Source: Octopus vulgaris (Eukaryota). From it: a stretch of DNA of 64,000 nucleotides. The position numbers and the translations under genes were made by a program. The stretch lies in NCBI GenBank assembly GCA_951406725.2, contig OX597834.1, positions 6,448,001 to 6,512,000 on the forward strand, written 5' to 3'. Of this stretch, positions 42,631 to 55,659 are shown piece after piece (the first letter of the stretch is position 1; each line of letters begins with the position of its first letter). The notes under the pieces were generated by a model that saw nothing but the letters and a program-made list of their open reading frames with translations, searched no databases and was not told the DNA's origin.

Positions 42631-42795
42631 CAGAGGCATGGCTGTGTGGTAAGAAGCTTACTTCCCAACTACATGGTTCTGAGTTCAGTCCCACTGCGTG
42701 GCACCTTGGGCAAGTGTCTTCCGCTATAACATCAGGCCAACCAAAGCCTCGTGACTGGTTTCGGCAGGTGGAAACTGAAAGAAACCTGTCGTGTA
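42362..42795 (+). mobile_element. Two SINE family A halves (3' half 42362-42575, 5' half 42630-42795)
   Basis: Diverged matches. Confidence 0.7.
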
Positions 42796-42813
42796 TATAT
42801 CTGTATATATATA

Positions 42814-42871
<58 letters not shown>

Positions 42872-43041
42872 TCTTGATGTGTTGTGATAGGTGTAAGTGA
42901 GTGTCGCTGCCATACAGTTGATGGCCATAAAGGGAAACAAAGGGGAATATGAACTTACCTGGGAACAGGTGAAGATTGGCAGGAAGAAGGACATCCAGGT
43001 GTGGAAAACCTGCCTCACTGGTAAAACAACACCACTATTGC

Positions 43042-43712
43042 AGTTGATGATGATGATGATGCTGACTATGGTTATGATAATGATGATGATAGTGATGGTG
43101 ATGATGATGATGATGCTGACAAGGGTTATGATAATGATGGTAACAATGGTGATGATGATGAGGATAAGGAGGATGATGATGGTGATGATGATGATAATGG
43201 CCATGATGATGATGGCGACGATGGTGAGGAAGATGATGAGGATGATGGTGGTTGTGGTGATGAGATGATGACAATGTTTATGATGATGATGATGATGGTG
43301 ATGATAATGATGATAACAATGGTGGTGATGATGATTATGATAAGGAGGAGGATGAGGATGATGATGATGATAACAATGGCCATGATGGTGATGGTGACGA
43401 TGGTGGGGAAGATGCTGGGGATGATGGTGGTTGTGGTGATGAGATGATGACAATGTTTATGATAATGATGATGATGGTGATGATAATGATGAAGATGATA
43501 GTGATAGTGATGATGATGATGGTGATAGTGATGGTGATGATGATGATGGTGATAGTGATGGTGATGGTGATAGTGATGGTGGTGATGATGATGGTGATAG
43601 TGATGGTGATGATGATGATGGTGATAGTGATGGTGATGATGATGATGGTGATAGTGATGGTGATGACGAATATGATGATGATGATGATGATGATGATGAC
43701 GACGATGACGAT
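43042..43712. repeat. (GAT/GGT)n field with internal ~180-bp higher-order duplication
   Basis: gatgatggtggttgtggtgatgagatgatgacaatgtttatg occurs at about 43241 and 43420. Confidence 0.9.
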
Positions 43713-44147
43713 CGCTGATAGGGCTCTGAGAGTAACCCTTTGCTCAATCTCATATATTCCAGTAAAAAGAAACAAAATGCCGAAAACGAAGTTATCAAAA
43801 CTGATGCATCATTTGAAGAACTTTTACGAATTTCAGCAAATCATGGCAAAAGCATGACTTAATGAATGAGTGATGGAAAAAGATAAAAGATGTCGGATTC
43901 TTTTATGATGACCTCGTTCAGTCACTTCAAAGATACTTAAAAGAAAAATGGGTTTAACTCTGTTTCTTAACTAACTGAAAATTTTCACATACAGTATTGT
44001 AACCTTTAACCAAAGTCAAGGTTTTTAAAGAATGGATGCCAGTCTTCGTAATAATGTAATATAATTGCATGTGGGAAAAAGATTGCCAAATCTGCTAACT
44101 TTCATCTTTTGGCAGAGACACTTCCACATAAAAAATGCCGATGCCCC

Positions 44148-44245
44148 TATACATACACACATACACACATACATACATACATACATACATACATACATAC
44201 ATACATACATACATGCATACAGACATGCATATACACATACATACA

Positions 44246-44277
<32 letters not shown>

Positions 44278-44606
44278 AACATACATACATACATACATAC
44301 ATACAGACATGCATATACGCATACATACATATATACATACATACATACATATAAACATACATAGATACATACATACATACATACACACATATATACATAC
44401 ATACATACATATAGACATGCATATACACATGCCTGCAAATATATATGCATATTTACACTCATTCATACATACACACATGCATATACATACATGCATGCAT
44501 ATATACATACATGCATACACTCATTCATGCATATGTACATATACTACTATAATTTATACACACTTTTGACAAGTTGTGGTGCACCTGAGCACTGTATACA
44601 ATAATT

Positions 44607-44637
<31 letters not shown>

Positions 44638-45065
44638 ACACATGCATGCATTATATATTATACACATGCATATATATATATATATATATATATGCATATT
44701 TACATTCATTCATACATACACATGTGCATATACATATGCATACATATATACATACATGCATATATACACACATTAATACATATGTACATATACACATGCC
44801 GGCAAATATATATGCATATTTACATTCATTCATACATACACACATGCATATACATACATGCATACATACACACATTCATACATATGTACATACACACATG
44901 CATGCATATATACATATATACACATATACAAACATATATAGACAAGCACATATATGCATGCATACAAACACATACATGGATACACACATGTATGTATGCA
45001 TATAAACAAACATATATACATACTTTTATATGCAGGTGTGTATGTGTATGTATAAATATATATTG
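44148..45065. repeat. (TACA)n/(CATA)n degenerate microsatellite field
   Basis: Visible. Confidence 0.9.
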
Positions 45066-45674
45066 TACATACATGTGTCTCTATACCCCTGAATGTAGAG
45101 TTGCTTCTTTGATGTTGAGTCTTTGGAAAGAATTGAAATATATTTTTCATTGATAATTTCATTTTGAAATAACAAATTGGATTTCTTTCTTTCAACCAAT
45201 TTCATGTGGAATCGTGTTTTGTTTTGTCTCTTTTTTTTTCCTTATTCTGCTTTTTCTATCAATTTTTTTTCTATTCTGTTTTTCATTCTTCATTTCTAGA
45301 ACTCAAAGAACTCCACTCGGTCATTTTTGATGATAAAGCATGTATATTTCCTGCCACTTGTGAAAAATTAAACATTCATATTCTTCGGCTTATTCTTCTG
45401 TCTATCTGAGAACAAGAGAACTTTCTGCCAATTTCGCATGTCCATCTACCTTTAAGCACAAATATCCTGCTTGTTTTTATATGTACATACGTAGGTATTG
45501 GTATACATATATATGTATACACACACACACACACAAATATATATACCTTAGCACATATGTATAGATAGATACATACATACATTCATATCTACATATACAT
45601 GCATATGTTTATGTACACATTTATGTACCTGTATATATGTATGTGTATGTGTGTGTATATATAAATACTGATTT

Positions 45675-45885
45675 TTTCTTTTACTTGTTTCAGTCATTTG
45701 ACTGTGGCCATGCTGGAGCACCGCCTTTAATCGAGCAACTTGACCCCGGGACTTATTCTTTGTAAGCCCAGTACTTATTCTATTGGTCTCTCTTGCCGAA
45801 CCGCTTGGTGACAGGGACATAGACACACCAGCATCGGTTGTCAAGCAATGCTAAGGGGACAAACACAGACACACAAATACACACA

Positions 45886-45933
<48 letters not shown>

Positions 45934-46098
45934 TACCACGGGCTTCTTTCAGTTTCCGTCTGCCAAATCCACTCACAAGGCCTTGGTCGGCCCGAGGCTA
46001 TAGTAGAACACACTTGCCCAAGGTGCCACACAGTGGGACTGAACCCGGAACTATGTGGTTGGTAAACAAGCTACTTACCACACAACCACTCCTGCGCC
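45675..46098 (-). mobile_element. SINE family A
   Basis: Full-length match. Confidence 0.9.
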
Positions 46099-46108
46099 TG
46101 ATATATTG

Positions 46109-46143
<35 letters not shown>

Positions 46144-46381
46144 TAAGGGTAGAAATTGATATTTATCAATTAAGACCAGTGGTCTAGCATATTAAAAAAG
46201 AATCCGAAGATTAAAATATTTATATATACCAATTAAGGACTGAACACGAAAAGTGGACAGTCAACATGCTAGATATAGACGTCAAATCGCCATTCTCCAC
46301 AAAAGATTATGTTCTCAGATCAAACTCAACACAAAACCATAGCAATAAACAAGTGAAAAATATACGAAATAAAATAATTAC

Positions 46382-46446
46382 CCATGTACTAACTTAGTTT
46401 CAGCTGTTATTTTCCGCAAGGAAAACTGCAGCCATCATCAGCATGG
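46382..46446 (-). ncRNA. Type I hammerhead ribozyme, complete core
   Basis: CCAUG-CUGAUGA-U-GGCUG.CA.GUUUUCC(UUGC)GGAAAAU.AA.CAGCU-GAAA-CUAAGUUAG-UA-CAUGG; predicted GUA cleavage between 46387 and 46386. Confidence 0.8.
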
Positions 46447-46888
46447 TCCGTTATAAATGTAATTTGCTGGACTAGATGCAAACACGATACCGAAATATCG
46501 CGTGCATGGAGTTCAGCCTATTACATTTGAATATATCTTTCAAATGCCTTTACTTTGGCGCGTTGAAACCCTAGAAAACTAGCCTGCAGCTAATAGTTAG
46601 CAGCAGTTAATTTATCGGTTAGAGAACATATTTATTTATATAAAATTAATTAAGGGTAGAAATTGATATTTATCAATTAAGACCAGTGGTCTAGCATATT
46701 AAAAAAGAATCCGAAGATTAAAATATTTATATATACCAATTAAGGACTGAACATGAAAAGTGGACAGTCAACATGCTAGATATAGACGTCAAATCGCCAT
46801 TCTCCACAAAAGATTATGTTCTCAGATCAAACTCAACACAAAACCATAGCAATAAACAAGTGAAAAATATACGAAATAAAATAATTAC

Positions 46889-46953
46889 CCATGTACTAAC
46901 TTAGTTTCAGCTGTTATTTTCCGCAAGGAAAACTGCAACCATCATCAGCATGG
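46889..46953 (-). ncRNA. Type I hammerhead ribozyme, second tandem copy
   Basis: Same as 46382-46446 except one stem II C>U change that keeps a U-G wobble. Confidence 0.8.
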
Positions 46954-47710
46954 TCCGTTATAAATGTAATTTGCTGGACTAGATGCAAACACGATACCGA
47001 AATATCGCGTGCATGGAGTTCAGCCTATTACATTTGAATATATCTTTCAAATGCCTTTACTTTGGCGCGTTGAAACCCGAGAAAACTAGCCTGCAGCTAA
47101 TAGTTAGCAGCAGTTAATTTATCGGTTAGAGAACATATTTATTTATATAAAATTAATTAAGGGTAGAAATTGATATTTATCAATTAAGACCAGTGGTCTA
47201 GCATATTAAAAAAGAATCCGAAGATTAAAATATTTATATATACCAATTAAGGACTGAACACGAAAAGTGGACAGTCAACATGCTAGATATAGACGTCAAA
47301 TCGCCATTCTCCACAAAAGATTATGTTCTCAGATCAAACTCAACACAAAACCATAGCAATAAACAAGTGAAAAATATACGAAATAAAATAATTAAACTGA
47401 TGGCTGCAGTTTTCCTTGCGGAAAATAACAGCTGAAACTAAGTTAGTACATGGGTAATTATTTTATTTCGTATATTTTTCACTTGTTTATTGCTATGGTT
47501 TTGTGTTGAGTTTGATCTGAGAACATAATCTTTTGTGGAGAATGGCGATTTGACGTCTATATCTAGCATGTTGACTGTCCACTTTTCGTGTTCAGTCCTT
47601 AATTGGTATATATAAATATTTTAATCTTCGGATTCTTTTAATATGCTAGACCACTGGTCTTAATTGATAAATATCAATTTCTACCCTTAATTAATTTTAT
47701 ATAAATAAAA

Positions 47711-47913
47711 GCCACCCCGCTGGCTAAGCGAGCAGGCTAACAGAAGAAAGAGTGGTGAAAGAGTACAGCAGGGATCACCATCCCCTGCCGGAGTATCGTG
47801 GCGCTTTTAGGTGTTTTCACTCAATAAACGCACACAACGCCCGGTCTGGGAATCGAAACCGCGAACCTACGTCCGCGAGTCCGCTGCCCTAACCACTGAG
47901 CCATTGCGCCTCC
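47711..47913 (-). mobile_element. SINE family D, 3'-truncated
   Basis: Matches 29153-29358. Confidence 0.8.
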
Positions 47914-47996
47914 TTCTTCCCTTCTTTCCTGAGCGTCCAATAATACTTTATTTGTTCCACATCCTTGTGTTGTTTTTTGTTTTCTTGTTCGGATTA

Positions 47997-48095
<99 letters not shown>

Positions 48096-48180
48096 ATACA
48101 TATATCTTTATCTATCAGCTTATCTGTCTGTCTCTCTGTATCTGTCACTTTCCGTCTCTCAATATATATATATATAGTTT

Positions 48181-48713
48181 CTAATACAAGTACCACTCGC
48201 AATACTGCACTCTTCGGTCTGGATCACCATCGTCATTAGTAGCATGGACTAATCTTGGAACGTAACTTTTCCTTTGACAATGCTTCAAAATCCATTGGAC
48301 AGATGATTTTGAAATACCTCCCTCACGACTCGCCTGCCACACAGAATATTCTTGGACTTTGGTGATACGTTTCCAGCACACCTTCTTGCTTCGTGGGGGT
48401 TGTCGATGCTCGTGGTCTTCCGGAACGGTTCTTGTGGACATTCTGAACAGTTCCATTGGCTTCATACTTACCTCTAATATTAGTGATGGGAAGTCGCTTT
48501 GGTGGAACTGATTGAAACTCGCTCGTACACTGTGTTTGCACTTCAACTGCGTTTTCTCGCTTCCAGTATCATTTTAGAATGGCTTTTCTTTGTTAAAAGA
48601 TTACTCTGACCACCATCGTTACTTCCAATGGGTTTAATCTGGAAAAAAAAAGAAAAAGCATCAATTGAATTATCAGCTGCTAAAGTGTGTATACACTTTT
48701 AGGGGACACGCTG
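48181..48713 (-). pseudogene. Tc1/mariner-superfamily transposon 5' half (HTH-type N-terminus, DUF4817-like), frameshifted
   Basis: TA|cagcgtgtcccctaaaagtgtatacac terminus; [32 protein letters not shown] and [17 protein letters not shown]...[11 protein letters not shown] in different frames. Confidence 0.8.
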
Positions 48714-49070
48714 TATACATATATATATGTTGTCAAGTGATGTTGGGGGTACAAACATAGACACAAAGACACACACACACAGACACACATACACACACAC
48801 ACACATAAATACACACACACACATAAATATACACACACACATAAATATACACACACACATAAATACACACACACATACACATATATATCAAGTAAAGGTA
48901 ATAAACCGCATTAAGGAATCATAAATCCACTGAAAATACTGGTTAGTTACCAATCTATAGAATACTCAACTATAAGGTAGCCATATAAATGGCGGTGCCC
49001 CAGCATGGCCAGAGCTTGTGAGCTGAAACTAGATAAAATTTTTTTTAAAAATAATAAAATATAAACCGGA

Positions 49071-49451
49071 GTTTGTATATATCTATTTAAAGAATAAGGA
49101 GGAATTGGAGAGGTAATTAATAAAATTATCTATTAATTATAAAATATGACAACATCTCTGACAGCTGTTCTATATTTGTGAGATGAGGAATTATTTACAT
49201 TATTTACGTTTCACAGATATTTGTCCTCATCTTGTTTGTTGTTAACACATTTCGGCTGATGTACTCTCCAGCTTTTATCAGATGTCCTGCGGGAATTTTG
49301 AATCTGGTTTTTCATTCCTGGAGTATTTTTCTGATGTTGTTATTATTATTATTATTTAGGTCACTGCCTGTAATCGAACTTGGAATCTTGGGGTTCAGCG
49401 TACAGGCTATAAACCCCAAGATTCTGAATACGATTCCAAGCAGTGACCTGA

Positions 49452-49510
<59 letters not shown>

Positions 49511-49563
49511 GGTGGTGGTGGTGCTGCTGGTGGTGGTGGTGGTGGTGGTGGTGGTGGTGGTGG

Positions 49564-49606
<43 letters not shown>

Positions 49607-50130
49607 ATTGGAAAAATACCTTAGGAATGAGAAGCCAGTTTCGAAATTCCCTCCAGGACATCTGATGAAGGCTGGAGAGTACGTCAGCTGAAATTTTGTG
49701 TTAACAACAAACAAAATGAGGACAAATATCTATCAAATGTAAATCATGTAAATAACTCTAACAATTGTTTCAATTCAAAAATCTTTAGGTAATTAGTTTA
49801 TAAAATTAAAATCATTATAAGATGGATCTCTTCAGAGGGAGTAAGAATATACTGAGTAGAAATACATTTTGAGTAAACGGTTTCATAGCCTTTATCTCAA
49901 CATATATTTCTGATTGGTATATCCTTACTACCTCTAAAGAGATTCATCTTATAATGATTTTAATTTTATAAATTAATTATCAAAGATTCTTGAATTGAAA
50001 CAGCTGTCAGAGATGTCATATTTTATAATTGATAAATAATATTATTAATCACCTCTCCATTTTCTCCCTATTCTTTCTCACACCATTTCCGATGAAGGGA
50101 TATAGAAAATATCCCAGAATCAGCTGTTAG
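49071..50130. repeat. Nested inverted-repeat complex with hammerhead-like motifs (49658-49701 plus, 49245-49285 minus, 50086-50130 plus)
   Basis: IR pairs about 49071-49169/49999-50074, 49180-49330/49611-49759 and 49763-49851/49917-50007; ACAU-CUGAUGA-A-GGCUG...CAGCU-GAAA-UUUU-GUGU. Confidence 0.7.
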
Positions 50131-50198
50131 ACCTATTTATAAATGTTCTGAAATCTTTCAAAGCATTGGATTTTTATCTCATTCTGTTATATATATTC

Positions 50199-50739
50199 TG
50201 GAGAGTAAGGGCCGGATGGAAGGCGTTCAATGGCATAAGGGATGTGCTCAAGGGGTTGGACAGGACCACCCGCGCCAACCTCATTAACAGTACAGTTGTG
50301 CCTGCAATGTTATATGGTAGTGAAAGATGGGCTACCACAAAGAGAGAAGAGCAGAGACTGGTAACGGCTCAAAGAGCCATGGAAAGGTCAATGCTTGGTA
50401 TCTCATTGAGAGAGCACATAAGTAGCAAGATCATCAGAAAGAAGTCCGGCGTGAGAGATGTCATCACAGAGTATACACGCAGCAAGTATAGATGGGCTGG
50501 ACACGTCGACCGGCTCACCGATAATCGGTGGACGCACGCAGTTGCCGAGTGGTACCCGCGTGAGCGGAAAAGACCACCCGGAAGACCTCCACGACGGTGG
50601 AGTGACGATTTCAAGAGGACGATTGGGATCACGTGGATGAGAAAGGCGCGATCCAGAGAGGAGTGGACAGCATGCTGTGACCAGCAGTGTCAAATGGACG
50701 CCTGACGGACTGGTCGGTCAAGGTCAAGGTCAAAGGTCA
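50199..50739 (+). mobile_element. RTE-clade LINE 3' fragment with open reading frame and (GGTCAA)n tail
   Basis: RAGWKAF...PAMLYGSERW...QRAMER...WAGHV.R..DNRWT...KRPPGRPPRRWSDD; GC-richer than flanks. Confidence 0.9.
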
Positions 50740-50847
50740 ATATAGATATATATAACAAAATATAAAGTTATATCTTGAGTGACAACAACACTCAGGATAT
50801 ACAACGGACTGGAAATAGAAGTGCTCCAATGAGCTGTATACACTTTT

Positions 50848-51066
50848 TTATCCAAGGAAAGGCAATAGGAGCAACAACCACAGGAACACCACAAAATTCA
50901 AAGATAGACCAAACACATGCAAATCTTATATACTAGTTTATATCTATACAGTCCGACATATTAGAAATTTAAAATCCAGTAATATAAGATTTGGATGTGT
51001 TTGGTGTATCTTTGAATTTTGTGGTGTTCCTGTGGTTGTTGCTCCTATTGCCTCCCCTTGGATAAG
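50848..51066. repeat. About 88-bp inverted repeat with ~45-bp spacer
   Basis: ttatccaagg...aggcaataggagcaacaaccacaggaacaccacaaaattcaaagata is mirrored at 50980-51066. Confidence 0.85.
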
Positions 51067-51375
51067 TGGTGGTGCCCCAGCATGGCTGCGGCCTTCGGGC
51101 TAGAACATTTTTAAGGATTTTAAGGATTTAAGATATATATATATATATTAAGCTTCTTTCAGTTTCTGTCTACCAAATCCACTCACATGGCATTGGTTGG
51201 ACCGAAGCTATACTAGTAGACACTTGCCCAAGGAGTGAACCCAGAACCATGTGGTTGGGAAGCAAGCTTCTTACCACACAGCCATTCCTGCATATATAAA
51301 ATTTTGGTTTCAATTCTTATACACAGCTTAGGCTTTTCATTTTACTTCAGTTTTTGTCATGCTAGCATCAGTTGA

Positions 51376-51581
51376 CTCTTTAGCATCTAAACTAACCATA
51401 TCTGGCTGAAATATCCTATCTTTTTTACGTTCAGAATGGCCAGATCCAGCCTTTCATACGTACCCTGCAATATCATTCTAAAAATAAACAATCACGTCAT
51501 TGAAATCTCATAGTTACAAGATAATGCATGAGTAATTCAAAATATATGTGGCTATATAAACATTAATCTGAAGGCTAAAGG
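51376..51581. mobile_element. piggyBac-like MITE, diverged
   Basis: ctttagcat...gctaaagg ends; interior similar to 24449-24600. Confidence 0.6.
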
Positions 51582-51807
51582 CTAATCCTAATAATTAGGG
51601 TCCTTCCTGTTGCAAAATGTAAAGATTACATTCCACTCGTAGAGTGACCAAACAATTTATTGTCTCAGGAATCTCATCAAAGGACACCCGTCTGTGCTTT
51701 AGTGGGGTGCAACATGTAAATATTCACATAGACACACACATGCACATACACACTTATGTACACACATACATGCATTCCTATATACATATAGGACACCTAT
51801 ATACAAC

Positions 51808-52240
51808 ACTCGCGGAGTGGTTGGCGTTAGGAAGGGCATCCAGCCGTAGAAACACTGCCAGATCTGACTGGGCCTGACGAAGCCTTCCAGCTTCACAGAC
51901 CCCAGTTGACCCGTCCAACCCATGCTAGCATGGAAAGCGGACGCTAAACGATGATGATGATGATGATGATGATGATATACATAAATACATGCATCATATA
52001 TATTTCTTTACTGCCCACAAGGGGCTACACACAGAGGAGACAAACAAGGACAAACAAACGGATTAAGTCGATTATATCGACCCCAGTGAATAATTGGTAC
52101 TTATTTAATTTAATCGACCCCGAAAGGATGAAAGGCAAAGTCAACCTCAGCGGAATGTGAACTCAGAAAGTAAAGACAGCCGAAATACCGCTAAACATTT
52201 CGCCCAGTGTGCTAACGTTTCTGCCAGCTCACCACCTTTA
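51808..52240. mobile_element. Family C 3' end (51808-51975, +) and SINE family B (52003-52238, -)
   Basis: Matches to both families. Confidence 0.85.
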
Positions 52241-52437
52241 CGTACATCATATGTGCATATATACACGTATACACACACACACACACATACACATATTTAT
52301 GTATGTGATGGGATTTGTACAGTTTCCACCATCTACATTCACTAAAAAAAGAATTCGCAGAAGATATTTGCCAAAGGTGACATATTGAGGGTTGTGAAGC
52401 AAAATAATTTAGTACATGGTTATGCCTGCACCTATGT

Positions 52438-52531
52438 ATCATCATCATCATCATCATCATCATCACCACCACCACCACCACCACCACCACCACCACCACC
52501 ACCCGCCGCCGCCGCCACCACCACCACCACC

Positions 52532-52606
<75 letters not shown>

Positions 52607-53060
52607 TTCATCATCTTCATCATCATCAACCTTGATCAACATCAATGGAAATTGCAGCTGTGATACCAGTGCTGGTGGTACGTAAGAGAACCATCCGAAC
52701 ATGGCCGTTGCCAGCGCCGTGCCAACGGGCCTCGTGCCGGTGGCACATAAAAAGCACCATCTGGTTGTGGTTGTTGCCATCCTCGCCTGGCCCCTGTGCC
52801 AGTGGCACATAAAAAGCACCATCCGATCGTGGCTGTTTGCCAGCCTCGCCTGGCACCTGTGCCGGTGGCATGTAAAAAGCACCCACTACACTCACGGAGT
52901 GGTTGGCGTTAGGAAGGGCATCCAGCCGTAGAAACATTGCCAGATCAGACTGGGCCTGGTGCGGCCTTCTGGCTTCCCAGACACCAGTTGAACCGTCCGA
53001 CCCATGCTAGCATGGAAAGCGGATGCTAAACGATGACGATGATGATGATGATGATGATCA
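52438..53060 (+). mobile_element. CAT/CAC microsatellite followed by a family C retroposon (52633-53060) with four internal repeats
   Basis: gtggcac(a/g)taaaaagcacc repeats, Meta-like core, (GAT)n tail. Confidence 0.85.
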
Positions 53061-53399
53061 TCATCATCATCATCATCATCATTATCACTTAACAGCCCGT
53101 TTTCCATGTTAGCACAGGCTGGACAGTCTGACATGAACAGACAAGACAGAGCACTGCATCAAGTTCTAATGTATTCTGTGACATGGTTTCCATAGTCTGT
53201 TGCCGTTCTTAACACCAATCACTTCACAGAGTGTACTGGGTGCTTCTCATGCGACACTAGTGCTGGTGGGGTCACCAAGAACCCACAAGATAAGGGCACC
53301 TCAGTTGAGTGGGATATGGAATTGTGGGATGAAAAGCTAGGATAGAGGGATAGGAGCAGGTGTCTTCTTGAAGAGCTGAATACATAGCTTGTCCATTAG

Positions 53400-53651
53400 A
53401 AAAGAGAGAAAAAGGGAGAGAGAGAGAGAGAGAGAGAAAGGGAAAGAGAGAGAGAGAAAGGGAAAGAGAGAAAGAGAAAGGGAAAGAGAGAGAAAGAGAA
53501 AGGGAAAGAGAGAGAGAGAGATCTGAGGGGTAAGTACAAGGTAAGTATTGAAGACAGAATATAACGGAAGAGCCACCGAAAAGGCAGATGTGTAGGTGAG
53601 TGTACTGAGTGAAAACTCTCTTTCTCTCCCCCCTCTCTCTCTCCCTCTCCC

Positions 53652-53690
<39 letters not shown>

Positions 53691-53692
53691 AC
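53400..53692. repeat. (GA)-rich, (CT) and (CA) microsatellites
   Basis: Visible. Confidence 0.9.
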
Positions 53693-54276
53693 AATGATTG
53701 TTGTTTGGAATAGTAAATCTGTACTATGAGTTTTTTCAGAGCCAATCTGAATATATATTCAGCTTGGTTTTCCTTCAGGTATGATTGTTGCATGGAGAAA
53801 AGCAATGAAAAAAAATAGATTTACTTTCTCCATTCCCTGACACCTATTAATCTATAATCGCATAATTCTCAGTCTTCGTTGCTAAATCATGAGATGTATA
53901 GTTGCAGTCATCTTATTGAAGTATCCATCTAATTTTATACAGGAGTAAGTGTGTAACATAAGTTAATCAATAAACTTTGTCGATCAAATATCATCTGCCT
54001 TTTTCATACTTACAAGTCATCTACATGCTTGATACTAACAGCCTGTATAAATTTTTTTTTTGGATCACACTACTCTATCACTGGTATACATAGGAGAGGG
54101 ACATCACTGTATCTTGTGATTAGCTTGATAATTGTTGAGGCATTCCATAGCATGAAACTAATGGTAGCCTTAGTACATAAATAAAATATATTTAACCACC
54201 AATGCAATGTTGAGCAGTCATTCTCATTATTTGATATTTACGTATACATACATACATACATATATATATATATATA

Positions 54277-54717
54277 AAATCGGAATCGAAATTGAACCAA
54301 TCCTATGACTGGCACCCGGCAGATGCCAGGACCCCTGGACTGGAGATACGTAAAAAGCACTATCCGAATCGTGGCCGATGTCAGCGCCGTCTCGACTGGC
54401 TTCCGTGTCGGTGGCACGTAAAAAGCACTATCCGAATCGTGGCCGATGTCAGCGCCGTCTCGACTGGCTTCCGTGACGGTGGCACATAAAATGCACCAAT
54501 CCGACTGTGGCCAATGCCAGCCTTGCCTGGCACCAGTGCAGGTGGCACGTAAAAAGCACCCACTACACTCACGGAGTGGTTGGCGCTAGGAAGGGCATCC
54601 AGCTGTAGAAACATTGCCAGATAAGACTGGAGCCTGGCGCAGCCTTCAGGCTTCCCAGATCCCCGGTCGAACCGCCCAACCCATGCTAGCATGGAGAACG
54701 GACGTTAAACGAACGAA

Positions 54718-54721
<4 letters not shown>
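54277..54721 (+). mobile_element. Family C retroposon with a recent 69-bp internal tandem duplication
   Basis: cgtaaaaagcactatccgaatcgtggccgatgtcagcgccgtctcgactggcttccgtg occurs twice. Confidence 0.85.
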
Positions 54722-54769
<48 letters not shown>

Positions 54770-55620
54770 TATTTAGATGAAAATAAAGATAGTTATGGGA
54801 GGTATATATTGATTAAAAACTAAAATTTATGCTATCAATAAATGTATAGACATATAAAGAAAAATAAATAATTAATCATTAATATAATATAATTATGAGA
54901 TACATTAAAAAATTAAAGATTAAAATCAGATTAAAACCAGAAACCTAACTTTAAAAAAAGTCGTATAACTATTAACGATCTATATATCTCTTTGGCTAAG
55001 TAAAATCTTAAAAATAATGTAGAGTTAAAATCTAATTATTATATGCATAACTTTAACAACTAAATCATTACATAACAATCAGTATTTATATAGTATACAA
55101 AATAATACAATAAGACTTATTAAAATATTTTAAAATTTTTAAATCTTAAATAGAAATAGATTACTTAGCTTTGTGATGAGTTCATCACAAAGCCTTGGAA
55201 AGCTATATATATATATATATATATATATTGTGTTTTACTCTTTATCTTTTATTAAACTTTTAATAATCTTGATATTTATATTAAAAAAAAAAAAATAAAT
55301 AAATAAATAAAAAATATTTTTAAATAATATATAAATATAAAAATATACATACATATATATATATATATATTTGTATATATATATATATTTAAAATTTATA
55401 AGTTTAAATTATTTAAATAATTTTTTAACTTTTATATTTTAAAATTAATTTTATGTATTGGCTTATGTTTTTCACTGTTTGATTTGCCTAATAGTGGTTT
55501 TATCTCTAATTTAATATAATATAATATATTTATACTATAAAATTGGATTTAATCCTAAATCTAATTTTTCCCTGTAAGTTTGGATTTATTCCCTATTATT
55601 ATTATTATTATTATTATATG

Positions 55621-55659
<39 letters not shown>

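Larger units (their letters stand above)
46131..47709. mobile_element. Hammerhead-bearing Penelope-like/retrozyme-like element: 507-bp unit x2.5 (46131-47394) plus inverted partial copy (47398-47709)
   Basis: atataaaattaattaagggtag starts at 46131, 46638 and 47145; units nearly identical; 47398-47709 is the reverse complement of part of the unit; no ORF in the track. Confidence 0.85.

Noticed and set aside
43720-43861. Protein-like frame GSESNPLLNLIYSSKKKQNAENEVIKTDASFEELLRISANHGKSMT*
   Set aside because: No recognisable family, no start and no polypyrimidine acceptor
47396-47453. Third functional hammerhead on the plus strand
   Set aside because: Core is truncated (ctga-tggctg) and the stem I 5' strand is missing
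52670-52885. CRISPR-like repeat-spacer appearance of gtggcacgtaaaaagcacc
   Set aside because: Eukaryotic context, spacers are related to each other, no cas genes; internal repeats of a retroposon
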